Assembly (NCBI GenBank): GCA_963828465.1
Contig: CAWHEU010000022.1
Location: 160,001-224,000, forward strand
Origin: an uncultured Acidobacteriota bacterium
Lineage (GTDB): Bacteria > Actinomycetota > Acidimicrobiia > Spongiisociales > ZC4RG35
Reading direction: 5' to 3'
DNA: 64,000 bases
Shown here: in pieces, positions 1 to 10,105 of the stretch
Layout of the letters: each line of letters opens with the position of its first letter
How positions within the stretch are numbered: the stretch's first letter is position 1
Notes under the pieces: model-generated
What the model was told of the DNA's origin: nothing
The model's database searches: none
The model's input: the letters and a program-made list of their open reading frames with translations, nothing else
Translations under genes and position numbers: made by a program

Positions 1-738
1 GTCGACCCAGCCACCGATGAGAAGGGTGGGGCATTGGATGGCCCCGTAGTCGGCACATGGCGAGCCGTGGAGCCAGTACTCGTCGCGGCGCTGATGACGG
101 AGCCAGATCCCGGGCCACTGCGGCGTGTTCTCCAATCGGTCCATCCATAGCTGGTACCAACCGTCGCCGACGATGTCCGGATCGGGCGGCAGCGCGTTGC
201 AAACCACCATCGAAGGTGGCCAATCCACCTGTTCCTGAGCATGAAGGGAGCCGCCCGTGTAGTGGACATCGGAGGCGAAGCGGTCATGGGTGGCGTGGAC
301 CGGGGCGATGGCCTTCAGTTGGGGCGGACGGAGCATGGCGGTTTGAAGTGAGCTGAATCCGCCCCACGACACGCCCCACATGCCGAGATTCCCGCTGCAC
401 CACTCCTGGTCGGCGAGCCAGCGGAAGATGGCAAGCGTGTCCTCCTGCTCCCGGGGGACATACTCGTCCTCGATGATCCCGGTCGATGCTCCCGTCCCGC
501 GGATGTCGATGCGAACACCCGCGAATCCTTTCCCGGCCAGATAGGCGTAAGTCGCCCAGTCTCCTGCGTAGAAAGCGTCGTCCTTGCGATAGGGGAGAGA
601 CTCGACAACGGTCGGGTAGGGACCATCGTTGCTGCTGTCGGGTTGATAGACGGTGAGGGCGATGCTGACACCGTCATCCATCGGGACGAACACGCGGCGG
701 TCGACTCGGACCGGGTACTCCGGTGTTCCCTCGGGCAC
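1..738 (-). CDS. CocE/NonD family (X-Pro dipeptidyl-peptidase S15) hydrolase, N-terminal part, runs off left edge
   Basis: Absent from ORF track because there is no stop in the window. Manual translation from GTG 738 gives [33 protein letters not shown]...PYRKDD...[10 protein letters not shown]...GMWGVSWGG (nucleophile elbow)...RDEYWLHGS...[16 protein letters not shown] -10 lies 6 nt upstream. Confidence 0.9.
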   Translation of the reverse strand, partial: MPEGTPEYPVRVDRRVFVPMDDGVSIALTVYQPDSSNDGPYPTVVESLPYRKDDAFYAGDWATYAYLAGKGFAGVRIDIRGTGASTGIIEDEYVPREQEDTLAIFRWLADQEWCSGNLGMWGVSWGGFSSLQTAMLRPPQLKAIAPVHATHDRFASDVHYTGGSLHAQEQVDWPPSMVVCNALPPDPDIVGDGWYQLWMDRLENTPQWPGIWLRHQRRDEYWLHGSPCADYGAIQCPTLLIGGWVD

Positions 739-780
739 GGCGGCAATCTAGCGACGGCCGGGGATACCCTCGCCGCGCTC

Positions 781-1992
781 ATGCGGGGTGAACCAACTCG
801 TCAGGTGATCGTGGTCGGCGCCGGTGTGGCGGGGCTCGTAGCTGCTCGGCGCCTGGCCGATCGAGGGATCGACGTTGTCGTCCTGGAGGCCAGAGACCGG
901 GTCGGGGGACGTCTCTGGTCGTACCGTATGCCCAATGGCGAGATCGTCGAGTTGGGCGGCGAGTGGATCTCGACCACGCAGACGGCGGTGATGGGTCTCG
1001 CCGACGAGCTCGGGCTCGAGCTCATCGACACCGGGATGGACTTCATCACTCGCGATCCGGTGGGTGGGCCGGCGATCGCCGTGGAGGAACATGAGCGTCT
1101 CGCAGGTCTGCTGGCCGATCGGATGATGGAGATCGGGCCGGTCAAGCTGTCGTCGATGAGTGCTGAGGAGGTCCTCGACGGTCTGGGTAACAACGGTCCG
1201 GCGGGGTCAATCCTCCGAAGCCGTCTCCAGGGGACGGCTGGTGCGGCGTTGGGGTCCATCGCCGCAGCCGAGATCGGCGAGGAGTTCGGGATCGGGGATG
1301 ACGGGTCATACATTCGGATCGATGGCGGCAACGACCGACTCGCCACCGCGCTGACTCCTGGCCTCGATGTGCGGCTCGGTCTCGAGGCGTTCTCGATCCG
1401 CCGGACGGCGAACGACGTCACAGTCGAGACCGCCGGTGGGGCCTTCATTGCTTCAGCCGTGGTGCTAGCCGTGCCGCTCGGAGTGTTGAAGCACCTGAGG
1501 TTCGAACCGCGGCTGCCCAATGAGGTAACTCGTGTCCTCGCGTCCCTGAAAATGGGCGTCGGGATCAAGGTGGCAATGGGTACAGCCGAACCACCGCCGA
1601 TGTTCCGCAGACAAGACACCGACATCCCCGCCTGGTATTGGACAGGACTCGGGTCGTCGGGATCTGTCCGTCGGGCTGTCACTGGCTTTGCCGGATCGGA
1701 GGCGGGCGTGGCGCCGCTCCGCACAAACGTGATGTTCCGTCTCGCCCGGGCGGCACCAGAGGCGATGCTCGACGGTGCGCCGATAGTCGCCGACTGGGGC
1801 TCCGATCCGTTGGCTGGCGGCAGCTATTCCCTCATCGGGCCCGGGCAGCGAGCGACGCTCGAGGTGTTGATACGGCCAGTGGGTCGGGTGTTCTTCGCAG
1901 GCGAGCACGTGAACGGGAGCGGGACCATCGATGGGGCGATACGAAGCGGTGACTTCGCTGCCGATCTGGTCTCCTCCTCCCTGGTTTTCTGA
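781..1992 (+). CDS. Flavin monoamine oxidase family protein
   Basis: GAGVAGL FAD motif, [18 protein letters not shown]-terminal FAGEH...[12 protein letters not shown] 781 preferred because the longer ORF overlaps the CocE gene. Confidence 0.88.
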   Translation: MRGEPTRQVIVVGAGVAGLVAARRLADRGIDVVVLEARDRVGGRLWSYRMPNGEIVELGGEWISTTQTAVMGLADELGLELIDTGMDFITRDPVGGPAIAVEEHERLAGLLADRMMEIGPVKLSSMSAEEVLDGLGNNGPAGSILRSRLQGTAGAALGSIAAAEIGEEFGIGDDGSYIRIDGGNDRLATALTPGLDVRLGLEAFSIRRTANDVTVETAGGAFIASAVVLAVPLGVLKHLRFEPRLPNEVTRVLASLKMGVGIKVAMGTAEPPPMFRRQDTDIPAWYWTGLGSSGSVRRAVTGFAGSEAGVAPLRTNVMFRLARAAPEAMLDGAPIVADWGSDPLAGGSYSLIGPGQRATLEVLIRPVGRVFFAGEHVNGSGTIDGAIRSGDFAADLVSSSLVF

Positions 1993-2004
1993 ACGACGGT
2001 TCAG
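1989..2004. promoter_or_regulatory. Putative TetR operator copy 1 (CTGAAC-GACG-GTTCAG)
   Basis: Perfect 6-4-6 palindrome 50 nt upstream of the ALDH start; recurs at four other promoters of the cluster. Confidence 0.7.
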
Positions 2005-2053
2005 CCGTAGTGTTACCGTCGCAGGAGACCGAATACGCCCAACGGAGGCAGGC

Positions 2054-3493
2054 GTGAAACAGCTCTACATCGATGGGAAATGGGCAGACCCGCGCTCCGG
2101 GGAGCACTTCGAGACGTTCAACCCGGCTACCGGCGAGGTGCTGGACCAGATCTCGTCGGCGGGACCCGAGGACGCAGATGCTGCTGTCGCCGCCGCCCGT
2201 CGCGCCTTCGAGAACGGAAGCTGGGGTGCTCAGTCGGCGCCACGCGACCGGGCCGCCCTTCTCTTCCGGGTGGCCGAGATCATCCGCCGCGACCGTGACC
2301 GGCTCGCCGAGCTGGAGACCCTGGACAATGGCAAACCCCTCAGCGACGCCATCTGGGACATCGACGAGGCCGCCTACATGTTCGAGTACTACGCGGGCTG
2401 GGCGACCAAGGTGATGGGTTCCATCCCACCCGTCGGGCCCGAGGCGATGAGCCTGGTGATCAAGGAGCCGGTGGGTGTGGCCGCCCTGATCACGCCGTGG
2501 AACTACCCGATCCTGATGGCGAGTCAGAAGATCGCCCCTGCTCTCGCCGCCGGCTGCACCACGATCCTCAAGCCCGCCGAGCAAACTCCGCTCACCGCCA
2601 TCGAGCTCGCTCGAATCCTCGATGAGGCCGGTGCCCCTCCCGGTGTGTTCAACCTCCTCACCGGATTTGGCCCGGAGGCAGGTGCGCCGCTCGTGGCCCA
2701 CCCGGATGTAGACAAGGTCTCCTTCACCGGCTCTGTCGAGGTGGGGAAGATCATCTCGAAGACGGCGTCCGAGACGCTGAAGCGTGTGACCCTCGAGCTC
2801 GGGGGCAAGTCGCCCAACCTGATCTTCGCCGATGCCGATTTCGAGTCCGCCATCGACGGAACCTGCGCCGGAATCTTCGCCAACAGTGGCGAGGTCTGCT
2901 CTGCGGGCAGCCGCGTTCTCGTCGAGAAGGCCATTTACGACGACGCCGTCGCCTCCATGATCGACGAGGCAGCCCGGATCAAGGTGGGGAGTGGTCTCGA
3001 CCCGGACACCACCATGGGCCCCCTGATCTCGGATGAGCACCGGGAAACGGTGCTGTCTTACGTGGGCTCGGGCCGGGAGTCGGCCGCGGTGGCCTATGAA
3101 GGAGCTATGCCCTCGGATCCGGGACTGGCCGGCGGATACTTCGTCCCGCCGACGATCTTCACCGATGTCGACAATTCCACCCGTATCGCCCGTGAGGAGA
3201 TATTCGGACCGGTGATGGCAGTGATCCCGTTCTCAGACGAGGAGGACGCCATCCGGATCGCCAACGACACGACTTACGGTTTGGCGGCGGCGGTGTGGAC
3301 CTCGGACATCAAGCGTGCGATGAAGGTGGCAAGGGGCATCAAGGCCGGGGTGGTCTGGATCAACGACAGCCAGCCGGCGCCCACCGAATCGATCTGGGGC
3401 GGATACAAGACTTCGGGAGTGGGCCGCGAACTCGGTCCCTGGGGCATCGAGTCCTACCTCGAAGAGAAGCAGATCTACCTCAATCTGGGATGA
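2054..3493 (+). CDS. NAD-dependent aldehyde dehydrogenase (betaine/aminoaldehyde dehydrogenase-like)
   Basis: ITPWNYP, KPAEQTP, FTGSVEVG, LELGGKSP, NSGEVCSA (catalytic Cys), EEIFGP. GGAGG RBS before GTG 2054. Confidence 0.93.
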   Translation: MKQLYIDGKWADPRSGEHFETFNPATGEVLDQISSAGPEDADAAVAAARRAFENGSWGAQSAPRDRAALLFRVAEIIRRDRDRLAELETLDNGKPLSDAIWDIDEAAYMFEYYAGWATKVMGSIPPVGPEAMSLVIKEPVGVAALITPWNYPILMASQKIAPALAAGCTTILKPAEQTPLTAIELARILDEAGAPPGVFNLLTGFGPEAGAPLVAHPDVDKVSFTGSVEVGKIISKTASETLKRVTLELGGKSPNLIFADADFESAIDGTCAGIFANSGEVCSAGSRVLVEKAIYDDAVASMIDEAARIKVGSGLDPDTTMGPLISDEHRETVLSYVGSGRESAAVAYEGAMPSDPGLAGGYFVPPTIFTDVDNSTRIAREEIFGPVMAVIPFSDEEDAIRIANDTTYGLAAAVWTSDIKRAMKVARGIKAGVVWINDSQPAPTESIWGGYKTSGVGRELGPWGIESYLEEKQIYLNLG

Positions 3494-4663
3494 GCATCTC
3501 CCTCACCACTGCCGAGCGGGCACTGCAAGAGCGGGCGCGAGCCTTCGTGGACGAGTTGATTCCCTGGGAGGTCGAGGCGGAGATGAATCGGGGCGAGATC
3601 CCCGAGAACGTGCTGAAAGAACAAAAGGAACGGGCACGCGAGTTGGCCCTCACGTCGATCAACATGTCCGAGAGACTTGGCGGCCCCGGATACAGCATGC
3701 TGGCCCAGGTCTTGATCCAGGAGCAAACCGGCCGCGCCACCAATGCGCTCGGTTGGGTGGTGTCGACCGGGCCGTCGTGGATCGAAGAGGTGGCTACCGA
3801 GCACCAGATCCAGACCTGGATTCGCCCCACCGTCGATGGCGACATCCACGAGTGCTACGCGATCACCGAGGAGGGAGCCGGCTCGGACGTGGAGGCAATC
3901 GAGGCGACGGCCCGCCTCGATGGCGAGGAGTACGTGCTCGACGGGGTGAAGTGGCACGTCACCTCGGCCAATCTCGCCGCGTATGTCTTTTTCCAGGCCA
4001 AGCTGACGGAGGGTCCAAACGCCGGACGGCATGTCCTGTTCTTCGTCGACATGGACACGCCGGGTGTGGAGTGCGTGCAGGGTGCCCGAGTACTCCCACA
4101 CCTACAGCCATCACCATTGGGAGATGAAGTTCACCAACGTAAGGGTTCCGGTCGAGAACCTGGTGGGAAGCGAAGGCGACGGTATGAGCTTCTCCCACGC
4201 CTGGTTCCGCTACGAGCGGCTGATGATCGCTGCCCGATGTTGCGGCGCTGCCGAGCGTCTGATCGAGGAGGCGACCGCATTTGCCGAGGAGCGTCAGGCG
4301 TACGGCGCTCCGATTGCCGACTACCAGGCGATCCAGTTCATGCTCGCCGACTCGCTGACCGAGTTGTGGGCGGCGCGACTCATGACCTATGAGACGGCGC
4401 GGGCCATCGACGAGGGCGCCGACCTCAAGGTGCAGCACGCCCAGTGCTCGATGGCCAAGCTCTATGCCTCGGAAATGGCCAACCGCGTGGCCGACCGGGC
4501 GGTGCAGATCTTCGGGGGTCGGGGGTTCATGCGGGAGAACGTGGCGGAGCGCTTCTTCAGGGAGCTTCGTGTGGACCGAATCTGGGAGGGAACCTCCGAA
4601 ATTCAACGGATCATCATCGCCGACCAACTCCGGAAGCGAGGGGCCCGCTCGTTACTCGGCTGA
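3490..4663 (+). CDS. Acyl-CoA dehydrogenase, split by a +1 frameshift near 4078
   Basis: Frame 1 has AITEEGAGSD and GVKWHVT; frame 2 has KLYASE, VQIFGGRG and RIWEGTSEIQR. Removing one base at ~4078 restores VECVRVPEYSH. ATGA overlap with the ALDH stop. Confidence 0.88.
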
Positions 4664-5065
4664 GGAGGCAGCCGCGGTCGCGATCAACTCTTCCAGAACC
4701 TGCTGGTCCACATCCTCCAGCCGTTTGATGTAGAGGCATGACTTGCCGGTGCTGTGCTTGCCAAGCCGATCGAGCAGAGCGTCGTACTCGGAGGCGACGT
4801 CACTCAAACTCAGGTAGAGGGTCAGGTTCTGCTTGCGAGGCGAAAAACCGACCTTGAACCAGTCACCCTCGCGGCCCGAGGGGGATCGGTAGTGGAAATC
4901 ACCGAACCCGACGATGCTCGGTCCCCACATCTTTGGCTTGTCACCCGTGATTCGGGTCATAATCTTCGAGAGCTCCTTGCTGTCCTTGCGCTGGCCCTCT
5001 TCGGGGATCGACGCGAGGAATTCCGCAACGCTGGAGCCGGTCTTCTGGGTCTTGAGCTCGGCCAC
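4652..5065 (-). CDS. DUF1801/YdhG-like domain protein
   Basis: KMWGPSIVGFG, GFSPRKQNLTLY and LGKHSTGKSCLYIK are typical of the family. Confidence 0.85.
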   Translation of the reverse strand: MAELKTQKTGSSVAEFLASIPEEGQRKDSKELSKIMTRITGDKPKMWGPSIVGFGDFHYRSPSGREGDWFKVGFSPRKQNLTLYLSLSDVASEYDALLDRLGKHSTGKSCLYIKRLEDVDQQVLEELIATAAASSAE

Positions 5066-5086
5066 GGAGCCGAAACTATCAGAGTC

Positions 5087-6268
5087 TCAAGCCTTCAATT
5101 CTCGCTGTGGGACTTTGGGGACCACCAGGCCTTCGCCGAGGTAGGCGTGGGCCATGATCCCGAGGAACTGGTAGACGGTCCCCTCCCAACCGCTGAGCGG
5201 CCCGGGGCGGTACCCCCGGTTTTTGACTCCCCGCATCACCGCCTCGCATGCCGTCCAGTCCTCGCGGTTGGTTATGTCCCAGAAGTCGACTGCATAAGAG
5301 GGGTCGAAGGCTTCCACCTCGAACGCTTCCGGCGGGAACAGCCAGGAGCACTCGATGAAGGTCTGCCCCATCGAGAGAGGGGTCAGGGTGTGGGTCATGA
5401 CGTAATCGGGGTGTATCGACAGGAGCAGGTTCGGCATCACAGTCAGGTACCACACGTAACGGGCCAGTTCGTCGTCGATGAGCCGGAAGTTGACGCCCTT
5501 GGAGGCGCCGTCGAGGGACATCGTCACCGCATGGTCTTTGAGCTGCATGGTCCCGCCACACCACATACCGGTAGGGATGTGGTCGTAGCCGCTGTCAGGA
5601 GGCGTCACCTCACAGAGCTCGGGATGGATCGTGGAGCAGTGGTAGCACTCGTTGTAGTTCTCCACCACGATCTTCCAATTGGCCTCGACCACGTAGGAAT
5701 GCGTCACCGCGGTGACGAGGCGGTCCAACTCGTAGTTGGCGGTGATCTCGCCGAGGTTCCCCAACTGACCGTCGAGTGAGCCTGATCTGCCCGATAGGTC
5801 GACCCAGAGCCAGCCACCGAACGTGTCCACGCCGAGCTCGACGAGGGGATAGTCGGCGGTGTCGAAGTCGTCACTCTGGGTGAACCGGGGCGCCTGGCGG
5901 AGGGTCCCATCGAACCGGTAGGCCCAGCTGTGATAGGGACATCGGATCTGGCGGGCGTCGAAGGCATCACCGACCGGGGCCAGTTCGTGGCCGCGGTGCC
6001 GGCACACATTGGAGAAGGCTCGCAATGTCCCGTCGGACTCTCTGCTCATGAGCACACTCTCGCCGCCAACGTCGACCGCTCGGAGCTGGCCCGGAGCCAG
6101 CACTTCGTCCAGGCGTCCGACGCAGGTCCACATGGCCTGCCACAGGTGCTGCCTCTCCCAGGCCAGGACATCCTCGGATAGATAGACGTCGGCAGGGAAA
6201 GTCAGACTCGACCCGAATGGATCGAGGACCCTGCTGATCTGTCCCGGGTCAACCGGTGCCGGATTCAT
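5087..6268 (-). CDS. Rieske non-heme iron oxygenase alpha subunit (GbcA/Stc2/choline-monooxygenase-like)
   Basis: Rieske ligands CRH...CPYHSW, mononuclear Fe motif ENYNECYHCSTIH, C-terminal EDW. GGAGAG RBS. Confidence 0.9.
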   Translation of the reverse strand: MNPAPVDPGQISRVLDPFGSSLTFPADVYLSEDVLAWERQHLWQAMWTCVGRLDEVLAPGQLRAVDVGGESVLMSRESDGTLRAFSNVCRHRGHELAPVGDAFDARQIRCPYHSWAYRFDGTLRQAPRFTQSDDFDTADYPLVELGVDTFGGWLWVDLSGRSGSLDGQLGNLGEITANYELDRLVTAVTHSYVVEANWKIVVENYNECYHCSTIHPELCEVTPPDSGYDHIPTGMWCGGTMQLKDHAVTMSLDGASKGVNFRLIDDELARYVWYLTVMPNLLLSIHPDYVMTHTLTPLSMGQTFIECSWLFPPEAFEVEAFDPSYAVDFWDITNREDWTACEAVMRGVKNRGYRPGPLSGWEGTVYQFLGIMAHAYLGEGLVVPKVPQRELKA

Positions 6269-6302
6269 CCCGAATCTCTCCTGCCGCCGTAGTTGTCTCA
6301 GT

Positions 6303-6328
6303 GTATCCTGAACAGCGAGTCAGGATAC
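6303..6328. promoter_or_regulatory. Putative TetR operator copy 2 in the divergent Rieske/aminotransferase promoter
   Basis: GTATCCTGA-ACAGCGAG-TCAGGATAC (9-bp arms) containing CTGAAC-AGCG-AGTCAG at 6308-6323. Confidence 0.7.
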
Positions 6329-6345
6329 CGAAAGGAAGGTGACTC

Positions 6346-7710
6346 ATGTCCCCCGTGGACACTCAAGTCTCGGCTCTCGATGACTTGATCGCAAGGGAGA
6401 GGCGGAGTTTCCTCGACCGGGCGCCCAAGGCGACCGAGATGGGAGATCGTGCCGGACGTTCGCTTGCCGGGGGTGTCACCTCCAGCTGGCAGATCTCGGA
6501 TCCGCAGCCGATATGGATCGATCGGGGTCTGGGGTCCAGGGTCTGGGACGTCGACGGCAATGAGTATGTCGACTTGCACGGCGGTTACGGCGCCATGCTC
6601 GCCGGCCACGCTCACCCGGCTGTGGTCGCAGCCGTTTCGGAGCGGGTCCGCAAAGGAACCCACTTCGCCCAGCCAACCGCGGACGCGATCGTCGTCGCCG
6701 AGGAACTCACCCGCCGATACGGGATGACGATGTGGCGGTTCGGGAACTCGGGTACCGAAGCGACCATGGACGCAGTGCATCTCATGCGCGCCATCACCGG
6801 CCGGGACCTGATCATAAAATTCGAGGGCGGATACCACGGTCATCACGATTCGGTAATGGTCTCGGTCTGGAACGAGGATGGGCTCGGCTCGGCCACACAG
6901 CCGAAGAGCGTCGCAGCGGGCGGCGGGATCCCTCAGGCGATCGTCGAGCTCACCCTCGTGGCGCCGTTCAACGATCTCGACGTCGTGAGCCAGCTGCTCG
7001 AGGCGCACGAGGGCAGGATCGCTGGGGTCATCGTCGAGCCGATCTTGCAGAACTGCGGGATCCTGCTCCCTCAGCCAGGATTCCTTCAGGGTCTTCGTGA
7101 CCTGACCCGGAAACACGATGCCCTCCTGACTTTCGACGAGGTCAAGACGGGTCTCACCGTGGGCAAGGGTGGTGCTACCCGGCGTTTCGGGGTCCAGCCC
7201 GACATGGTGTGCCTGGCCAAGGCACTCGGTGGTGGTCTGCCCATCTCGGCAATCGGTGGCACTGATGAAGTGATGAGCCACATCGTTGACGGCACCTACG
7301 AGCAGGTGGGGACCTTCAACGGCAACCCGCTCTCGATGGCCGCGGCCAAAGCCATGCTCACCGAGGTCATGGTGGAGGAGACCTACGAGCATCTCGATCA
7401 AATCCAGAGCCGGATGGAGAAGGGCGCCAACGAAGTGGTCGGCCGGCACCACCTGACCGCTCACGTGGCCACGGCCGGCGCCAAGGGAAGCGTCATTTAC
7501 TGCGCCGAGCCGATGCGCACCTATCGCGACTTCCTCGCAGTCGATGGTCGTTACGCCCAGGCCGCGTGGCTGTATCAGTACAACCGGGGTGTCTTCCTGC
7601 CCCCGTGGGGCAAGGGTGAGCAATGGCTCCTGTCGGTCCAGCACACGGTCGAGGACATCGACCGGTACCTAGAGACCCTCGACGCATTTGCGTCCGCCAT
7701 CAGCTCATGA
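6346..7710 (+). CDS. Class III PLP aminotransferase (glutamate-1-semialdehyde aminomutase-like paralogue)
   Basis: WDVDGNEYVD, NSGTEA, YHGHHD, FDEVKTG, AKALGGGLP (PLP Lys), GTFNGNP. Confidence 0.88.
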   Translation: MSPVDTQVSALDDLIARERRSFLDRAPKATEMGDRAGRSLAGGVTSSWQISDPQPIWIDRGLGSRVWDVDGNEYVDLHGGYGAMLAGHAHPAVVAAVSERVRKGTHFAQPTADAIVVAEELTRRYGMTMWRFGNSGTEATMDAVHLMRAITGRDLIIKFEGGYHGHHDSVMVSVWNEDGLGSATQPKSVAAGGGIPQAIVELTLVAPFNDLDVVSQLLEAHEGRIAGVIVEPILQNCGILLPQPGFLQGLRDLTRKHDALLTFDEVKTGLTVGKGGATRRFGVQPDMVCLAKALGGGLPISAIGGTDEVMSHIVDGTYEQVGTFNGNPLSMAAAKAMLTEVMVEETYEHLDQIQSRMEKGANEVVGRHHLTAHVATAGAKGSVIYCAEPMRTYRDFLAVDGRYAQAAWLYQYNRGVFLPPWGKGEQWLLSVQHTVEDIDRYLETLDAFASAISS

Positions 7711-7734
7711 GTCGACCGTAGACTCGCCCGACTC

Positions 7735-8844
7735 ATGAGCGGCGCCGTCGAACTGGTCGATCTGGCCAAGTACTTCGGGGAGATCCCGGCGGTCGATCAC
7801 ATCAACCTCCGGATCGAGGACGGTGAGTTCTTTTCCCTGCTTGGGCCGTCGGGATGCGGCAAGACCACCACCTTGCGTCTGATAGCCGGGTTCGAGCGTC
7901 CGGACAGCGGCGCCATCCTCATCGACGGGACCGATCAGGCAGGCACTCCTCCACACAAGCGCCCGGTGAACACGGTGTTCCAGAGCTACGCCCTGTTCCC
8001 GCACATGGACGTGGCCTCCAATGTCGCATTCGGACTCCGTTACAGGGAGGTGCCCAAGTCGGAGCAACAGGAGCGGGTGGCCGACGCCTTGGAAAAGGTG
8101 CGTCTCACGGGTATGGAATCCCGCAAGCCCACCCAGTTGTCGGGTGGCCAGCAGCAACGCGTCGCCCTGGCCCGATCCCTTGTCCTCAACCCATCTGTCC
8201 TCTTGTTGGATGAGCCACTTGGCGCCCTCGATGCCAAGCTGCGCAAGGCACTCCAGGTCGAGCTGAAGCGCCTTCAGGAGGACCTCGAGATCACCTTCAT
8301 CTATGTCACTCACGACCAGGAAGAAGCCCTGACGATGTCGGACCGCATTGCCGTCATGACCGAGGGCACGATCGAGCAGATGGGGACGCCGTCGGAGATC
8401 TACGAGGCCCCTCGGTCCAGCTACATCGCCGACTTCCTCGGCGTGTCCAACCTGATGTATGCCGAGGCAGTAGGCCCGGGTCGAATCCGGCTGGGCGGTA
8501 GGGAGCTGGGCTGTGTCGACCGGGACGGGGCTTCCGGTGAAGTAACCGTGAGCATCCGCCCGGAGCGAGTGGGGATCCACGCCCCCGACTTCGGCGGGGA
8601 GAACATCCTGGTCGGGGAGATCGAGAGGGTCGTGTTCGCCGGGCCGCTCCTCAACGTTCTGGTCACAGTCGAGGAGGTGGGGACGGTCCAGGTGACCATT
8701 CCCAATCAGGGCGGGTCCTTTCCCTGGGACTGGCCCGACAAGGTTGCCCTCCAGTTCCCGCAGGACGCACTCAGGATCGTTTCGGAAACGGGCACCGCCA
8801 CCGAGGAGCTGGACCCCGAGTACGAGGAAGATCAGGCGGAGTGA
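7735..8844 (+). CDS. potA: Spermidine/putrescine ABC transporter ATPase
   Basis: GPSGCGKT, VFQSYALFPH, LSGGQQQR, LLLDEP, C-terminal TOBE domain. Confidence 0.88.
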   Translation: MSGAVELVDLAKYFGEIPAVDHINLRIEDGEFFSLLGPSGCGKTTTLRLIAGFERPDSGAILIDGTDQAGTPPHKRPVNTVFQSYALFPHMDVASNVAFGLRYREVPKSEQQERVADALEKVRLTGMESRKPTQLSGGQQQRVALARSLVLNPSVLLLDEPLGALDAKLRKALQVELKRLQEDLEITFIYVTHDQEEALTMSDRIAVMTEGTIEQMGTPSEIYEAPRSSYIADFLGVSNLMYAEAVGPGRIRLGGRELGCVDRDGASGEVTVSIRPERVGIHAPDFGGENILVGEIERVVFAGPLLNVLVTVEEVGTVQVTIPNQGGSFPWDWPDKVALQFPQDALRIVSETGTATEELDPEYEEDQAE

Positions 8845-9785
8845 CGGGCGGCCAGGAGCCGGCGCCCGATCTTCCGCAGCTCCTTGCGCAGCTCATCGGG
8901 TGATTCCACATCGAACTCCCAGGGCAGGCCGAGCAGGTAACGCGCCAGCCAGCTCATGTCGTCTGCGCCGATGACGAGACGGGTTGTGTCGGCGCCTATT
9001 GGTTCCAGCGCTCCCACGGTGGCCGGGATCATGTGGGCGACATGGTCCATAGGGGCGAACAGTCTGACTTCGGCGCGCTGGGTGTATGCCTCGATCGCGA
9101 CTCCCCTCTGGACGAGCTCGACCGGATCCGGTTCGGGCCTACGCGAGGAGCGCATCCCGGTCACCCAGGGCTCGGAGAGGCGGTCCAACCTGAACGTGCG
9201 CCAGTCGTCGCGATCGAGATCGAATGCGACCAGGTACCACCGACGCCCGGTGTGAACCAGGCGGAGCGGCTCGGTGTGCCGCTCTGTCTCTTGGCCCTGG
9301 TTGTCGACGTATCCGAAGCGCATCCTCTGCCTGGTTCGTGCCGCTGAGGCAGCCACAGCGAGCGACCCGTGGTCGACGGAGTACGCGGAAGTGGACACGA
9401 TGGACACCGTTGCTTCGGAGATGTCCTCCAATTGGGTGCGGAGTCTCGGGGGCAGGACATGCTCCAGCTTCGACAACGCAGATAGAGACGCGATTTCCAA
9501 GCCGCCTACTGCCGTCGCCGTCGCCACTCTGAGCCCCAATGCCACGGCCAGGGCCTCCTCGTCGTCCAGGAGCAAGGGGGGGAGTTTGCCCCCGGCTCCG
9601 AGCCGGTACCCGCCGCCGGGGCCGGCCACGGCCTCCACCGGGTACCCGAGGCTGCGGAGACGGGTGACATCACGTCGCACCGTTCGCGGAGTCACTGCGA
9701 GACGGCTGGCCAGCTCTTCAGCGGTCCAATCGATACGTCCCTCGAGCAGAGCAAGGAGTTTGAGGAGACGTTCGGCGCTGTCCAT
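8832..9785 (-). CDS. YafY/DriD-like wHTH-WYL-WCX transcriptional regulator
   Basis: N-terminal HTH (RTVRRDVTRLRSLGYPV), RRWYLVAFD...WRTFRLDR WYL core, WCX-like C-terminus. Confidence 0.93.
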   Translation of the reverse strand: MDSAERLLKLLALLEGRIDWTAEELASRLAVTPRTVRRDVTRLRSLGYPVEAVAGPGGGYRLGAGGKLPPLLLDDEEALAVALGLRVATATAVGGLEIASLSALSKLEHVLPPRLRTQLEDISEATVSIVSTSAYSVDHGSLAVAASAARTRQRMRFGYVDNQGQETERHTEPLRLVHTGRRWYLVAFDLDRDDWRTFRLDRLSEPWVTGMRSSRRPEPDPVELVQRGVAIEAYTQRAEVRLFAPMDHVAHMIPATVGALEPIGADTTRLVIGADDMSWLARYLLGLPWEFDVESPDELRKELRKIGRRLLAARHSA

Positions 9786-9806
9786 GATCCACGATTCTCC
9801 GCTGTT

Positions 9807-9829
9807 ATGCGGACAGATCCTGTCCGCAT
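9807..9829. promoter_or_regulatory. Putative WYL-regulator operator ATGCGGACAG-ATC-CTGTCCGCAT
   Basis: Perfect 10-bp inverted repeat in the 85-bp divergent gap between the WYL gene and a small ORF. Confidence 0.72.
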
Positions 9830-9870
9830 CACGTCATAGGGTTGACCGTAGTCGCAGGAAGGAAGAACTC

Positions 9871-10065
9871 ATGCTCCCCAGCGCCGGTTTTCAGATGATT
9901 CGGCATCTCGACGAGGAGTTGCGTCAGGTGAGAATGCGCCGATTCTGGTGGAAATACGTCCCCCCCGACCCCGAGCCAGTGCCGGTCGAGCGCATCACGG
10001 AGGCAGAGATAATCGAGATCGTCTTCGGCCCACACTGCGAGGCTGAGGAGCCGATGGGTGCCTAG
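9871..10065 (+). CDS. Small hypothetical protein (64 aa), probable WYL target
   Basis: AGGAAGGAAG RBS then ATG; MLPSAGFQMIRHLDEELRQVRMRRFWWKYVPPDPEP...; fills the gap exactly. Confidence 0.65.
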   Translation: MLPSAGFQMIRHLDEELRQVRMRRFWWKYVPPDPEPVPVERITEAEIIEIVFGPHCEAEEPMGA

Positions 10066-10105
10066 GAAGACCTGGTCACACTCGACCGAGACCGATCTCG
10101 GCCCG

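Noticed and set aside
6346-7710. hemL assignment
   Set aside because: The fold is similar, but there are no tetrapyrrole genes nearby and the context is amine catabolism.
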